The notes beneath the pieces are model-generated. The model saw only the letters and a program-made list of their open reading frames with translations. It did no database searches and was not told the origin of the DNA. Shown here one piece after another: positions 52,226 to 62,538 of a stretch of 64,000 nt of DNA; position 1 is the first letter of the stretch; every line of letters begins with the position of its first letter. The stretch is from an uncultured Candidatus Binatia bacterium (GTDB lineage Bacteria > Desulfobacterota > Binatia > HRBIN30 > CADEER01), in the NCBI GenBank assembly GCA_964455095.1, contig CAYVUV010000191.1, positions 3,939 to 67,938 on the forward strand, in the 5' to 3' direction. A program made the translations under genes and the position numbers.

Positions 52226-53152
52226 ATGCGCATCGGGATTGGTATCGGGCAGATCGCCGGACAGCCGGGCGGGGTGGACGACCTGGTGGCCCAGGCGCAG
52301 CGCGCCGAGGCCGACGGGTTCGCCAGCGGCTGGTTTGCCAATATCTTCGGCATCGACGCGATCATCGCGGCCGTCATCTGCGGGCGCGCCACCCAGCGCA
52401 TCGAGCTCGGCACCGCGGTGGTCCCGACCTACCCGCGCCATCCGACGGCGCTCGCGCAGCAGGCGTTGTCGGCGCAAGCCGCCACCAATGGGCGGTTCGT
52501 TCTCGGCATCGGCTTGTCGCATCAGGTGGTCATCGAGGCAATGCTCGGCCTGTCGTTCGCCAAGCCGTTCTCCCACATGCGCGAGTACATGGCCGTGCTG
52601 GCGCCGCTGATCCGCACCGGCAGCGTCAGCTACGCGGGGGAAGAGTTTCGCGTCAACGCGAACATCAGCATGCCGGACGCGACGCCCTGTCCGATCCTTC
52701 TCGCCGCGCTGGCGCCGAAGATGCTGGCCCTCGCAGGGCGCGAGGGCGACGGCACCATCACGTGGATGACCGGGCCGAAAACGCTGCGCGAGCACACCAT
52801 CCCGCGCCTGAACGAAGCGGCCGCCGCGGCCGGGCGCCCGGCGCCGCGCGTGGTGGTGGGGCTGCCCATCGCGGTGACGACCGAGATCGAAGCGGCGCGC
52901 GCGGCGGCGAACCAGCAGTTTCAAGTCTATGGGCACCTGCCGTCGTATCGCGCCATGCTCGATCGCGAAAAGGCCGAGGGTCCGGGCGACGTGGCGATCG
53001 TCGGCGACGAGGCGGCCGTGGCCGCGCAGCTGGATCGGCTCCGCGTCATCGGCGTCACCGATTACCTCGCCGTGCCGTATCCGGTGGGACCCGATCCGCT
53101 GGCATCGGTCGAGCGCACGCGCGCCGTCCTGGTCGCCCACGCCCGGCGCTGA
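52226..53152 (+). CDS. LLM-class (luciferase-like) F420/flavin-dependent oxidoreductase
   Basis: Shows MRIGIGIG...AEADGFASGWFANIFG...RFVLGIGLSH, a luciferase-like monooxygenase-family pattern. Confidence 0.85.
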   Translation: MRIGIGIGQIAGQPGGVDDLVAQAQRAEADGFASGWFANIFGIDAIIAAVICGRATQRIELGTAVVPTYPRHPTALAQQALSAQAATNGRFVLGIGLSHQVVIEAMLGLSFAKPFSHMREYMAVLAPLIRTGSVSYAGEEFRVNANISMPDATPCPILLAALAPKMLALAGREGDGTITWMTGPKTLREHTIPRLNEAAAAAGRPAPRVVVGLPIAVTTEIEAARAAANQQFQVYGHLPSYRAMLDREKAEGPGDVAIVGDEAAVAAQLDRLRVIGVTDYLAVPYPVGPDPLASVERTRAVLVAHARR

Positions 53153-53179
53153 GCCCGCCGAACGAGTCGCGCCAGCGCC

Positions 53180-56100
53180 ATGCGCTGCTCCACCTGCCAG
53201 GCCGAGAACCTCGCCGATTCCCGCTTCTGCACCAGCTGCGGGGCGAAGTTGGAGTCCGCCTGCTCCGCCTGCGGCACGGCTAATCCGGCCGCCGCACGGT
53301 TCTGCCGCCAGTGCGGCACGGCCCTGCACGCGGCCGACCCCGCGCCGGCGCCCGACCCGCGCGCCTACACGCCGAAGCACCTCGCCGAGCGCATCCTCAC
53401 CTCGCGCAGCGCCCTCGAGGGCGAACGCAAGCAGGTCACGGTGCTGTTCGCCGATGTCCAGGGCTCGATGGCGCTCGCCGAGCAGGTCGATCCGGAAGAG
53501 TGGCACCGCATCATGGACCGCCTCTTTTCCGTGCTGTCCGACGGCGTGCACCGCTTCGAGGGCACGATCAACCAGTACACCGGCGACGGCATCATGGCAC
53601 TCTTCGGCGCGCCGCTGGCGCACGAAGACCACGCCCGCCGCGCCTGCTACGCGGCGCTCTACCTCGGCGAGCGACTGCGCGAGTTGGGCGAGGAGCTCAA
53701 GCGGCGCCAGGGCCTGCGCTTCTCGGTGCGCATGGGATTGAACTCCGGCGAGGTGATCGTCGGCCGCATCGGCGACGACCTGCGCATGGACTATACCGCC
53801 CAGGGCCACACGGTCGGGCTCGCCGCGCGCATGGAGCAACTCGCCGACGCCGGCACCGCGTACCTCACCGAGCACACGGCGGCGCTGGTCACCGGCTTCT
53901 TCCGCCTGCGCGATCTCGGCGCCTTCGCCGTCAAGGGCGTGCGCGAGCCGATGCGCGTTTACGAGCTGCAGGGCATCGGCCCGTTGCGCACCCGCCTCGA
54001 GGTGTCGCGCGCGCGCGGCTTCTCGCGCTTTGTCGGCCGCGACGAGGAGATGACGGCACTCGATGCCGGCCGTGCCCGCGCGCTGGCTGGCAACGGACAG
54101 GCGATCGGCATCGTCGCCGGTCCGGGGCTGGGCAAGAGCCGGCTGTGCTACGAGTTCGCGCAGCGCTGCCGGGTCCAGGGCATCGCCGTATACGAGGCGC
54201 ACTGCGTCTCGCACGGGACGATGATTCCCTTCCTGCCCATCCTCGAGTTGCTGCGCGGCTACTTCGGCGTCGCCGACCAGGACAGCGACGAGACAGCGCG
54301 CCGCAAGGTGGCGGGCACGCTGTTGCTGCACGATCAGGAGCTGACCGAGAGCCTGCCGCTGCTGCTCGATTTTCTCGGCGTGCCCGACCCCGACCACCCG
54401 GCGCCGCGCATCGATCCCGAGGCGCGCCACCGCCAGCTGGTCGGCATGGCGCAGCGCGTGATGCAGTCGCGCAGCCGGCGCGAAGCGGCGCTGCTGCTGG
54501 TCGAGGATCTGCACTGGATCGACGGCGGCAGCGAGGCCTTCCTGAAGAGTCTCGCCGACGCGCTGCCGGGAACACGCACGTTGCTGGTGGTGAACTTTCG
54601 ACCCGAGTATGCCGGCGACTGGTTGCAGGCGGAGGGCGGCACGGCGGCGCGGCGCCGCCACCTGGTGGCGTTGCCGCCGCTCGGGTCCGAAGCGATCGGC
54701 GAGCTGCTGGCGGATCTGCTCGGCACCGACCCGACGCTGGCGGGGTTGGCCGCGTTGTTGCGCGAGCGCACCGGCGGCAATCCGTTCTTCATCGAGGAAG
54801 TGGTCCAGTCGATGGCGGAGTCGGGCGCATTGGCCGGCAGCCGCGGCGCCTATCGCTTGCTGCACGACGTCGCGGAGGTGCCCATCCCCGCCACCGTGCA
54901 AGCGGTGCTCGCCGCGCGCATCGACCGCCTGGGGGAAGGCGACAAAGCCGTGTTGCAGACCGCTGCGGTGATCGGGCGCGAGGTCGCCGAGCCGGTGTTG
55001 CGCGGCGTGGTCGAGACGCTCGGCGAGCCGCCGGTGGCCGAGCTCGCCGCGGCTTTGCGCGCCCTGGTCGCGGCCGAGTTCCTCTACCAGGAAAGCGTCT
55101 ACCCGGAGGCGGTCTACGCCTTCAAGCATCCGCTGACGCAGGAAGTCGCCTACCGCTCACAGCTCGCCGAGCGCCGCGCCCGCGTGCACGCCGCCGTGGC
55201 GGAGGTGATCGCGGCGCTCAATCCGGACAAGCTCGACGAGCGCGCGGCGCTGCTGGCGCATCACTGCGAAGGCGCGGGCGACGCGCTGGCCGCGGCGCGC
55301 TGGAGCCGGCGCGCGGCGCAGTGGGTGCGGGTGAGCAACTTCCCCGAGGCGCAGCGCCATTGGGGCAACGTGCGCGCGCTGCTGGCGCGCGTGCCGGAGT
55401 CGCCGGCCACCATGGAGCTGGCCCTCGACGCGTGTATCCAGCTGCTCGAGATCGGCTGGCGCCTGGCCATCTCGGCCGACGAGGCGGCGGCGGTCTTCGC
55501 CGAGGGGCAGCAACTGGCCTGGCGCAGCGGCAACCCGCGCTCGATGGCGATGCTGATCAACGCCTACGGCGTCGTGCGCAGTCACTTCGGCAGCGCCGAC
55601 GATTTCGTCGACAGCAGCCGACTGGCGACGCGCGTGGCGGAGTACGCCGACGATGCGGCGCTGCAGCTCATCACGCGCACGCGCCTGGTCATCGCCCTGG
55701 GCTCCGCCGGGTTGCTGCGCGAGGCGCTCGAGCTCAGCGAGCCGGCGGTGGACGCGCCGCCGTCGGATCTGCGGCTCGGCGCCGCGGTGCTCGGCTACAG
55801 CCCGTACCTGCGTTTGCTGCGCGAGCGCGGCAAGCTGCTCATCGATCTCGGCCGCCTGGCGGACGGCGAGCGCGATCTCGAGCGCGCCGCGCAACTGGCG
55901 CGCGAGCACGGCGACCTCGAAGTGCTCGGCAACATCCACCGTGAGTATGTGTCGCTGGCCCGCATCCGCGGCGACACCGAGTCGGCGCTCGCCCACGCGC
56001 GCGAGACCATGCGCATCGCCGACAAGCTCGGCAGCCCGTTCTTCCGCGCCGGGGTGTGCCTGTCGCTCGGCCAGGCGCACACGTTGAGCGGCCGTTGGGA

Positions 56101-56572
56101 GGACGCGTTGCGCGCGCTGGAGGAAGGGCTGGGGCTGGCGCGCGCCGGGCAAGCGAGCGTCGAGACCGAGCCGCTGGCGCTGGCCTGGCTCGCCGGCGTG
56201 CACCGCGCGCGCGGCGATCTGAAAGTCGCATTGGCGGCCGCGGAGGCTGGGTTGGCCGCCGCAACGCAGCGGCGCACGCGTTTGGCCGAGTGCATCGCGC
56301 ACATCGCCCGGTCTCGCATCATGCTGCGCGCCTTCACGCCGGCGACGCACGCTGCGATCAACACGGCGTTGGGGCAGGCGCTGGCACTGGTCGAAGAAAC
56401 CGGCGCGCGCAGCAACGAGCCGTTCGTGCGCGTCGAGCTGGCGCGCCTGGCGGCGATGGCCGGCGACGAAGCGGCGCGCCAGCGCGAGCTGCGCGCGGCG
56501 TACGAGCAGTTCACCGCCATGGGCGCCGGCCCGCGCGCCGCCCGCCTGGCGCGCGAGCTGCGCGGCGAGTGA
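53180..56572 (+). CDS. Double zinc-ribbon / class III nucleotidyl cyclase / AAA(STAND)-ATPase / TPR multidomain protein
   Basis: The N-terminus has CSTCQ..CTSCG..CSACG..CRQCG. The cyclase core reads [11 protein letters not shown]...[13 protein letters not shown]...[13 protein letters not shown]...[11 protein letters not shown]. The P-loop is [10 protein letters not shown] long alpha-helical TPR-like C-terminal half follows. Confidence 0.9.
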   Translation: MRCSTCQAENLADSRFCTSCGAKLESACSACGTANPAAARFCRQCGTALHAADPAPAPDPRAYTPKHLAERILTSRSALEGERKQVTVLFADVQGSMALAEQVDPEEWHRIMDRLFSVLSDGVHRFEGTINQYTGDGIMALFGAPLAHEDHARRACYAALYLGERLRELGEELKRRQGLRFSVRMGLNSGEVIVGRIGDDLRMDYTAQGHTVGLAARMEQLADAGTAYLTEHTAALVTGFFRLRDLGAFAVKGVREPMRVYELQGIGPLRTRLEVSRARGFSRFVGRDEEMTALDAGRARALAGNGQAIGIVAGPGLGKSRLCYEFAQRCRVQGIAVYEAHCVSHGTMIPFLPILELLRGYFGVADQDSDETARRKVAGTLLLHDQELTESLPLLLDFLGVPDPDHPAPRIDPEARHRQLVGMAQRVMQSRSRREAALLLVEDLHWIDGGSEAFLKSLADALPGTRTLLVVNFRPEYAGDWLQAEGGTAARRRHLVALPPLGSEAIGELLADLLGTDPTLAGLAALLRERTGGNPFFIEEVVQSMAESGALAGSRGAYRLLHDVAEVPIPATVQAVLAARIDRLGEGDKAVLQTAAVIGREVAEPVLRGVVETLGEPPVAELAAALRALVAAEFLYQESVYPEAVYAFKHPLTQEVAYRSQLAERRARVHAAVAEVIAALNPDKLDERAALLAHHCEGAGDALAAARWSRRAAQWVRVSNFPEAQRHWGNVRALLARVPESPATMELALDACIQLLEIGWRLAISADEAAAVFAEGQQLAWRSGNPRSMAMLINAYGVVRSHFGSADDFVDSSRLATRVAEYADDAALQLITRTRLVIALGSAGLLREALELSEPAVDAPPSDLRLGAAVLGYSPYLRLLRERGKLLIDLGRLADGERDLERAAQLAREHGDLEVLGNIHREYVSLARIRGDTESALAHARETMRIADKLGSPFFRAGVCLSLGQAHTLSGRWEDALRALEEGLGLARAGQASVETEPLALAWLAGVHRARGDLKVALAAAEAGLAAATQRRTRLAECIAHIARSRIMLRAFTPATHAAINTALGQALALVEETGARSNEPFVRVELARLAAMAGDEAARQRELRAAYEQFTAMGAGPRAARLARELRGE

Positions 56573-57799
56573 TCAGACGCGTTCGATGATGGTGGTGATC
56601 CCCATGCCGCCGCCGATGCAGAGCGTCGCCAGGCCGACGGTCTTGTTGCGCCGCTCGAGCTCGTCGAGCAGGGTGCCGAGCAGCATGCCGCCGGTGGCGC
56701 CGAGCGGGTGGCCGAGCGCAATGGCGCCGCCGTTGACGTTGATCTTATCGCGCGGAATGGCGAGGTCGCGCATCACCTTGAGCGGCACGACGGCGAAGGC
56801 CTCGTTGATTTCGAACAGATCGACGTCGCCGATCGCCATGCCGGCCTTCTTCAGCGCTCGCTGCGTCGCCGGCACCGGCGCGGTGAGCATGATCACCGGC
56901 TCGGCGCCGCAGGTCGCGGTGGCGACGATGCGGGCGCGCGGCTTGATGCCGTGCGCTTTGACGTAGGCCTCCGAGGCCAAGAGCACGGCGGAGGCGCCGT
57001 CGACGATACCGGAGGAGTTGCCCGCCGTGTGCACGTGCTGCAGGGCTTTCACCTGCGGATAGCGCTTCATCGCTCGCGCATCGAGGCTCAGGCCGTCGCC
57101 GCCCTCGGGCACGAACTTGCCCAGCTCGATGAACGACGCCTTCAGGCTCCCCAGCCCTTCGACCGTGGTCTCGGGTCGCGGGTACTCGTCGCGGTCGAGC
57201 AGCAACTTGCCCGACAGGTCTTTCACCGGCACCAGGCTCTTGAGCCGGCCCTCGGCAAACGCGCGCTGCGCGTGCTGCTGGCTCTCCCAGGCGAACTGGT
57301 CGCATTCCTCGCGCGAGATGCCCTCGAGCGTGGCGATGAGATCGGCCGAGATGCCCTGCGGCACGATCGGGTGCAGCTCGATCAGGTGCGGGTTGTTGCC
57401 GTGCACGCCGCCGCCGTCGGACCCCATCGGCACGCGCGACATCGACTCGACGCCGCCGCCGACGACCAGGTCCTGCATGCCGCTGGCAACGCCCATGGCG
57501 GCGAAGTTGACCGCCTGCAACCCCGAGCCGCAGAAGCGGTTCAGCGACACGCCGGTAACCTCGTTGGGCCACCCGGCGGCGAGCGCTGCCATGCGGCCGA
57601 TGCAAGCGCCCTGCTCGCCGACCTGCTGCACGCAGCCGGCGACGACGTCCTCGACGTCGGCGGGATCGAAGGCGCTGCGGCGCAGCCCGTTCAACGCCTG
57701 CGCCAGCAGCTCTTGCGGATGCACGCTCGCCAGCGCGCCGTTCGCCTTGCCCTTACCGCGCGGTGTGCGCACCGCGTCGATGATGTACGCCGTTCCCAT
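56573..57799 (-). CDS. Acetyl-CoA C-acyltransferase (thiolase)
   Basis: Shows the active-site Cys context [11 protein letters not shown] and the C-terminal [17 protein letters not shown]...LCIGGGMG. Confidence 0.95.
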   Translation of the reverse strand: MGTAYIIDAVRTPRGKGKANGALASVHPQELLAQALNGLRRSAFDPADVEDVVAGCVQQVGEQGACIGRMAALAAGWPNEVTGVSLNRFCGSGLQAVNFAAMGVASGMQDLVVGGGVESMSRVPMGSDGGGVHGNNPHLIELHPIVPQGISADLIATLEGISREECDQFAWESQQHAQRAFAEGRLKSLVPVKDLSGKLLLDRDEYPRPETTVEGLGSLKASFIELGKFVPEGGDGLSLDARAMKRYPQVKALQHVHTAGNSSGIVDGASAVLLASEAYVKAHGIKPRARIVATATCGAEPVIMLTAPVPATQRALKKAGMAIGDVDLFEINEAFAVVPLKVMRDLAIPRDKINVNGGAIALGHPLGATGGMLLGTLLDELERRNKTVGLATLCIGGGMGITTIIERV

Positions 57800-57823
57800 G
57801 CGTCCGTCCTCCGTTGTTCGTTG

Positions 57824-58288
57824 TTACTCGGATCTTGTGCCGACGGTCTGTCCCGCCAGGTCGGTGCCCGGGTCGAGGCAGAGCAGGCGCACGCGACCCG
57901 TCGCGACGATCTGGCCCGCTTCGTTGCGCACCATCGCCTCCCAGATCTGTGTGCGGCGGCCGCGGCTGATCGGCGTCGCCGTGATGCGCACGCGCCCGCT
58001 GCGCACGGCGCGCACGAAGCTGGTGTGATTTTCAACCCCGACCACCGACTGACCGCGCGCCACCGCGAAGAGGCCGGCGCCGGTCGAGCAAGCCGACTCG
58101 ATGACGGCGCAGTGCATGCCGCCGTGCACGATGCCGTACGGCTGATGATGGCGCCCATCGATGTCGTACTCGAGCACCACCTCGTCGGCCGAGGCGCTGA
58201 CGACGTGTACGCCCATGCCGGCGTCGAAGCCAACCGTCAGGCGCTCGTTCATCTTGCGCACAAGCTCCGCATCCATCTCGTTCGCCAT
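57824..58288 (-). CDS. PaaI-family hotdog-fold thioesterase
   Basis: 154-aa ORF with GIVHGGMHCAVIESA, the typical PaaI/4HBT motif. Confidence 0.85.
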   Translation of the reverse strand: MANEMDAELVRKMNERLTVGFDAGMGVHVVSASADEVVLEYDIDGRHHQPYGIVHGGMHCAVIESACSTGAGLFAVARGQSVVGVENHTSFVRAVRSGRVRITATPISRGRRTQIWEAMVRNEAGQIVATGRVRLLCLDPGTDLAGQTVGTRSE

Positions 58289-58448
58289 CGGACCTCTCTC
58301 GCGGGTGGGGAAGGGCAGATAGTAGTGAAATTCAGCGCCGGAAGCGACGCTGGGCCCAGCCCTGGCTGAAGAACGATATCTCCGCGAATCCTCCTCGGTT
58401 CAGCGCCGCCGGCGTGCTATCGGGCAGCGGAGGGGGGGAGGGACCGAG

Positions 58449-59489
58449 ATGAAAGCCATCGTCCTGCACGGGCCACGCGACGTACGTGTCGATTCGGTTC
58501 CGGATGCCCACTTGTCGGACCGCCGCAGCGCGGTCGTAAGGATATCGCGGGCGTCGATCTGTGGATCGGACCTCCACCTCTACCACGGCATCGTGCCGGT
58601 GATTCCGGGAACCACCATCGGCCACGAATGCGTTGGCGTGGTGGAGGAAATCGGCGCCGACGTGCGCCGCTTCCGCAAGGGGCAGCGCGTCATCGTGCCC
58701 GGCGTCGTGGGCTGTGGCGACTGCGATCCTTGCCGGCGCGGCTACGTCGTCGGCTGCGAGCGCCTGCTGAACAAGGTCTACGGCATCATGCCCGATCTTC
58801 CCGGCGCCCAGGCGGAGGCGATCACCGTCCCGAATGCCGACATGAATCTGTGGCCGTCGCCTGCCGATCTCTCCGACGAGCAGGTGCTGTTTCTGACCGA
58901 CATTCTCCCGACCGGGTACTATGCGGTCGAGAACGCATCGCTGAAACCGGGCGATACCGTCGTGGTGATCGGCTGTGGCCCGGTCGGCCTGGCGGCGATC
59001 AGCTGTGCCGGGTTGTTCGGCCCTGCCAAAATTCTAGCCGTCGACCGAGTCGACTACCGCCTCGCGCATGCCGCCCGCCTCGGCGCCGTGCCCATCGATG
59101 CCAGCCGCCACGACGTGCGCAACGCCGTTCTCGAAGCCACCGACGGCCGCGGCGCCCAGGCGGTCATCGAAGCGGTCGGGGCGGTGGAAACGGTGCACCT
59201 GGCGTTCGAGCTGGTGCGCGTCGGCGGACACATCTCGGTGGTGGGTGTTCTCCTCAAGGACGACTTCTCGTTTCCCATGGGCGCCGCGTTCATGAAGGAC
59301 ATCACCTTCCGCGTTGGCTTGGTGAACGTCCCGGGCTACGTGGCGACCCTCTTGCCCTTGATTCGCAGCGGGCGCATCGACCCGACGCAGCTGATCACGC
59401 ACCGTATGAATCTTGTCGAAGGCACGCGCGCCTACGAGCTGTTCGACGGCAAACTGGACGGCTGCCTCAAAGTGTCGCTGACGCCGTGA
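58449..59489 (+). CDS. Zinc-dependent alcohol dehydrogenase-family oxidoreductase
   Basis: Shows CGSDLH, GHECVGVV, structural-zinc CGDCDPC and the Rossmann motif VIGCGPVGL. Confidence 0.9.
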   Translation: MKAIVLHGPRDVRVDSVPDAHLSDRRSAVVRISRASICGSDLHLYHGIVPVIPGTTIGHECVGVVEEIGADVRRFRKGQRVIVPGVVGCGDCDPCRRGYVVGCERLLNKVYGIMPDLPGAQAEAITVPNADMNLWPSPADLSDEQVLFLTDILPTGYYAVENASLKPGDTVVVIGCGPVGLAAISCAGLFGPAKILAVDRVDYRLAHAARLGAVPIDASRHDVRNAVLEATDGRGAQAVIEAVGAVETVHLAFELVRVGGHISVVGVLLKDDFSFPMGAAFMKDITFRVGLVNVPGYVATLLPLIRSGRIDPTQLITHRMNLVEGTRAYELFDGKLDGCLKVSLTP

Positions 59490-59558
59490 AGGTGGATGAC
59501 GTCGGACGCCATTCCCACCGAAGCGATCTGCTGCCGTGCGGTGAGCCGGCGAACACCT

Positions 59559-59942
59559 CTACGCTGGCGAAGACGGTGCCGATGGCGTGCGGATGTAGGC
59601 CACGATGAACAGCGCGCCGAGGACGAGGTCAATCGCGCCGAACCCCAGCGTCATTGCCGAAAGGCGGTGTTGGAGAAAGAGCACGACCGTCGCGATGCCA
59701 AAGCCTGCCTTTTCCAAGACGGATGGAATCATCAGCGGGCGATAGCGCACCGGGTCGCGCGCCAGGATCAGGAACACGACCTGGAACGCCACCGCGGTGC
59801 CGATGAATCCATAGAAGAATTCCGGGTGAGTGATCGGCGGTGGCGTGTCACGCCCCACCTGCTCCTCCAGGAAGTATTGCGGCAGCATCACGATCAGGCC
59901 GTAGATGCCGGCAAACAGGAAGACTCGTTTAGCGAAGTTCAA
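59559..59942 (-). CDS. Hypothetical small integral membrane protein (about 4 TM)
   Basis: 127-aa hydrophobic ORF (VFLFAGIYGLIVMLP..., GFIGTAVAFQVVFLILA...). I recognise no family. Confidence 0.55.
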   Translation of the reverse strand: MNFAKRVFLFAGIYGLIVMLPQYFLEEQVGRDTPPPITHPEFFYGFIGTAVAFQVVFLILARDPVRYRPLMIPSVLEKAGFGIATVVLFLQHRLSAMTLGFGAIDLVLGALFIVAYIRTPSAPSSPA

Positions 59943-60069
59943 CCGCCCCTCCCGGCTGCCGTTTTTACCTCAATCGACTTGCCCGGCCAAAATCAAATGC
60001 GAGCCCAGACCTCGAGACCCCGTGAGTAACGCATGGCGATCCGATCGGTGAGCTTGAACAGGTCGAGAA

Positions 60070-61143
60070 TCATTCGCTCCTCCGTCTCTGCAGCGCTGGC
60101 GCGGCGCGGCCGCTGACCAGCGGCAGGTCGAGGTACGTGCGAATGCCGGGCGCGGCGCGGCAGACGTAGGGGATGGCGTTCACGCAGTGCATGGCGGTGG
60201 CGACGATGCCGCGGTTGCGCTTCAGACCCTCGGCGATCGAATCGGGGTGCAGACCGTGAAAGCTCACCTTCACCGGTGGATCGCCCTGCACCTCGACCTC
60301 GAAGCGCTCGCCTTGCGGCCCGAAGCTCCACGCCGGATCGAGGTGCTCCTGGCCCATGAACCAATTGGTGCGGACCGTCATGAAGCTCGCGCCGTCGACC
60401 GTCCCTTCCCACGTGAAGCGCTGTGCGGCGACTCGTCCGGGGGGAATCGGACCGATGGGCGAATCGATCGGACGCGTCGCCACCGCGATCTCGTGCCGCG
60501 TCGTCTTCTGCTCGTCCAGCTCGACGCACAGCTCGGCGGCGACCATGTCGATCGACTGGAAGAAGCCGGTGGCGAGCAACGACACCATCGGACTTTGCGC
60601 CGCTTCGTCCGGCGTCTTGCCGAACAGCATGATGTCGCCGATCACGCTCGGCGCGTTGTAGGTGCGGATGTCGGAGAACTCCTCCGCGCGCACGTGCGTG
60701 ATGCTGCCGGACAGCGCCGAGATCATCAGCGGGAATCGTTCGGTGATGCCGCCGGGATGGATGCCGGTGCCGTGCAGCGTCACCCCGCCGACGTGACAGG
60801 CGCCTTCGAGCGCGGCGAAGTCTTGTGCGCGCCACGGGAAGAACCAGCCGAGCGGCGTGACGACGTTCTTGCCGGAGCGCAGGATGCGCTCGACCAGCGC
60901 GGCGTCGGCAAAGATGGGGCTGTACAGCACACAATCCGCCTCGAGCGCGAGCAGCGCATCGACATCGCGGGTCGCGGTGACGCCGAGCGGCGCGACGCCG
61001 GCCAGCTCGCCCGCATCGCGGCCGTCCTTGGAGTGGCTGTGGACCCAACAGCCGACCAGCTCGAGCTCGGGATGATGGACGATCCCCTGAATCGCCGCGC
61101 AGCCGACACCGCCGGTAGCCCATTGGATGACCCGGTATTTCAT
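60070..61143 (-). CDS. DapB-N-like NAD(P)-binding protein (dihydrodipicolinate reductase / amine dehydrogenase-like family)
   Basis: Shows MKYRVIQWATGGVGCAAIQGIVHHPELELVGCWV, a Rossmann N-terminus. Length and pattern resemble the family found in actinobacteria and myxobacteria. Confidence 0.7.
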   Translation of the reverse strand: MKYRVIQWATGGVGCAAIQGIVHHPELELVGCWVHSHSKDGRDAGELAGVAPLGVTATRDVDALLALEADCVLYSPIFADAALVERILRSGKNVVTPLGWFFPWRAQDFAALEGACHVGGVTLHGTGIHPGGITERFPLMISALSGSITHVRAEEFSDIRTYNAPSVIGDIMLFGKTPDEAAQSPMVSLLATGFFQSIDMVAAELCVELDEQKTTRHEIAVATRPIDSPIGPIPPGRVAAQRFTWEGTVDGASFMTVRTNWFMGQEHLDPAWSFGPQGERFEVEVQGDPPVKVSFHGLHPDSIAEGLKRNRGIVATAMHCVNAIPYVCRAAPGIRTYLDLPLVSGRAAPALQRRRSE

Positions 61144-61373
61144 TCGCTGACCCCCTCGCTGCGACGACGTGCGGACTGTTTGCCGCGCGGCGTCGAGGCG
61201 CGCAAGGAGAAGGCGGTTGGAACCAGGCCGTGAGCTTCGCTATGGGTCTCGAGACTTCTTTGGCGTGGCGCCGGGTGGCAGCGATGGCGCGCTTCTATGC
61301 TGCGGAGCCACAATCGAAGCAAAAGCAGCGCACGGCCCAAGCCCTCTGGCCGGTAGCGCGATAGGAGAAACCG

Positions 61374-62231
61374 GTGATCGACCATCAGCTCCTGGCGGAT
61401 ATCCAGCTCTTCGAGTTGCATGACGAGGAGGACCGAAAGGCCCTTGCGCAGCTTGTTGATCACATCCATCTGAAGCAGGGCGTGGAGCTCTTCGAGACCG
61501 GCGATCACGGCGACGAGCTGTATATCGTGCGAACCGGAAAAGTGGAGATTTTCATCCGCAACGTGGCCGGTGAGAAGATCGTCCTGACCGTCGCGGAGCA
61601 AGGAGACTTGTTCGGCGAGCTCGCGATGTTGGACAGCGGACCGCGCTCAGCGACGGCCGTCGCGCTCGAAGACGCCGAGCTCCTGGCCCTCAACCGCGAC
61701 AACCTTCTGCTCTTCTTCCAAAGGAAACCCGATGCGGCGCTCGACATGATCGCCGCCATGGGCGCCATGATCCGCAAAGCCGACGACATCCTCCGCACGC
61801 GCGTGTCGCGCAACGTGAACGAGGAGGTCGCAGAGCAACTGACGGTCATTCAGCGTATCGCGGATTGGATCGCATGGTTCAGCGGCAGCATGCCGTTCCT
61901 GGCGCTCAATACGGGCTGGTTCGTCACGTGGGTGCTCATCAACACGTTCGACGTCGGAATCCGCCAGTTCGATCCGTACCCGTTTGGGCTCCTCACGATG
62001 ATCGTGTCGCTCGAAGCGATCTTCCTGTCCATCTTCGTTCTGATCAGCCAGAACCGGCAGGCCGAGAAGGACCGCGTCCGGTCGAACGTCGACTATGAAG
62101 TGAACGTGAAAGCGGAATTGGAAGTCGCCTACCTGCACGAGAAAACCGACCGGCTGCACGAGAAGATGCTCGAAGAGTTTGCGAAACTGGAGAAGGCGAT
62201 CGGGTCCAAGAGCGTCGCAGCGCAGGACTAA
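61374..62231 (+). CDS. Cyclic-nucleotide-binding domain fused to a DUF1003-type 2-TM membrane domain
   Basis: CAP-type cNMP domain (ELYIVRTGKVEIF...GDLFGELAMLDSGPRSATAVA), then a DUF1003-like region (IADWIAWFSGSMPFLALNTGWFVTWVLIN...DPYPFGLLTMIVSLEAIFLSIFVLISQNRQ). GTG start at 61374 after GGAGAA. Confidence 0.8.
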   Translation: MIDHQLLADIQLFELHDEEDRKALAQLVDHIHLKQGVELFETGDHGDELYIVRTGKVEIFIRNVAGEKIVLTVAEQGDLFGELAMLDSGPRSATAVALEDAELLALNRDNLLLFFQRKPDAALDMIAAMGAMIRKADDILRTRVSRNVNEEVAEQLTVIQRIADWIAWFSGSMPFLALNTGWFVTWVLINTFDVGIRQFDPYPFGLLTMIVSLEAIFLSIFVLISQNRQAEKDRVRSNVDYEVNVKAELEVAYLHEKTDRLHEKMLEEFAKLEKAIGSKSVAAQD

Positions 62232-62377
62232 ATAGCAGTCGCAAGGTGAGCGGCGCCTTCCCGGTGGATGACCCCAATGCGTGGGGCGTCGAGTTTCCGC
62301 GACATCAGCGGCGTGACGGACCTTGGGGACGCGTTGAAGGTCAACTCTGCCTTCATGATCTTTGTGTTCTGACGTCC

Positions 62378-62400
62378 GGACGATCGAGTCTCGATCGTCC
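62378..62400. repeat. 23-nt perfect palindrome GGACGATCGAG-T-CTCGATCGTCC
   Basis: Read directly from the sequence. 11-nt arms around a single central nucleotide, in the 307-nt spacer between the cNMP-DUF1003 gene and the lysozyme-like gene. Confidence 0.85.
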
Positions 62401-62538
62401 ACCGGGGAGGACACGCCTCGGTCACTACGGAACGTAGGAGACGGCGCGGATCCAGGGGCGCCATGGTGCCGGTCGCCAGCGATGTGCAGGCATGTGGATT
62501 GCTTGAAGCGAACGACATCAGGACGCGAGGAGAATCCA

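Noticed and set aside
49198-53152. RiPP-type cluster idea (S8 protease plus LLM oxidoreductase plus dehydrogenase)
   Set aside because: I found no small precursor-peptide ORF and no cyclase, dehydratase, radical-SAM or transporter genes. The flanking spacers are only about 70 nt. The protease has its own signal peptide and looks like an exoenzyme.
53180-62231. Pycsar/CBASS-like antiphage reading of the cyclase plus cNMP-domain membrane proteins
   Set aside because: Known cyclic-nucleotide defence systems keep the cyclase and effector adjacent in one operon. Here they are 5 kb and 37 kb apart and are separated by core metabolic genes. The cyclase is a large STAND signalling protein typical of housekeeping sensory repertoires. 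I kept this only as a weak regulon hypothesis.
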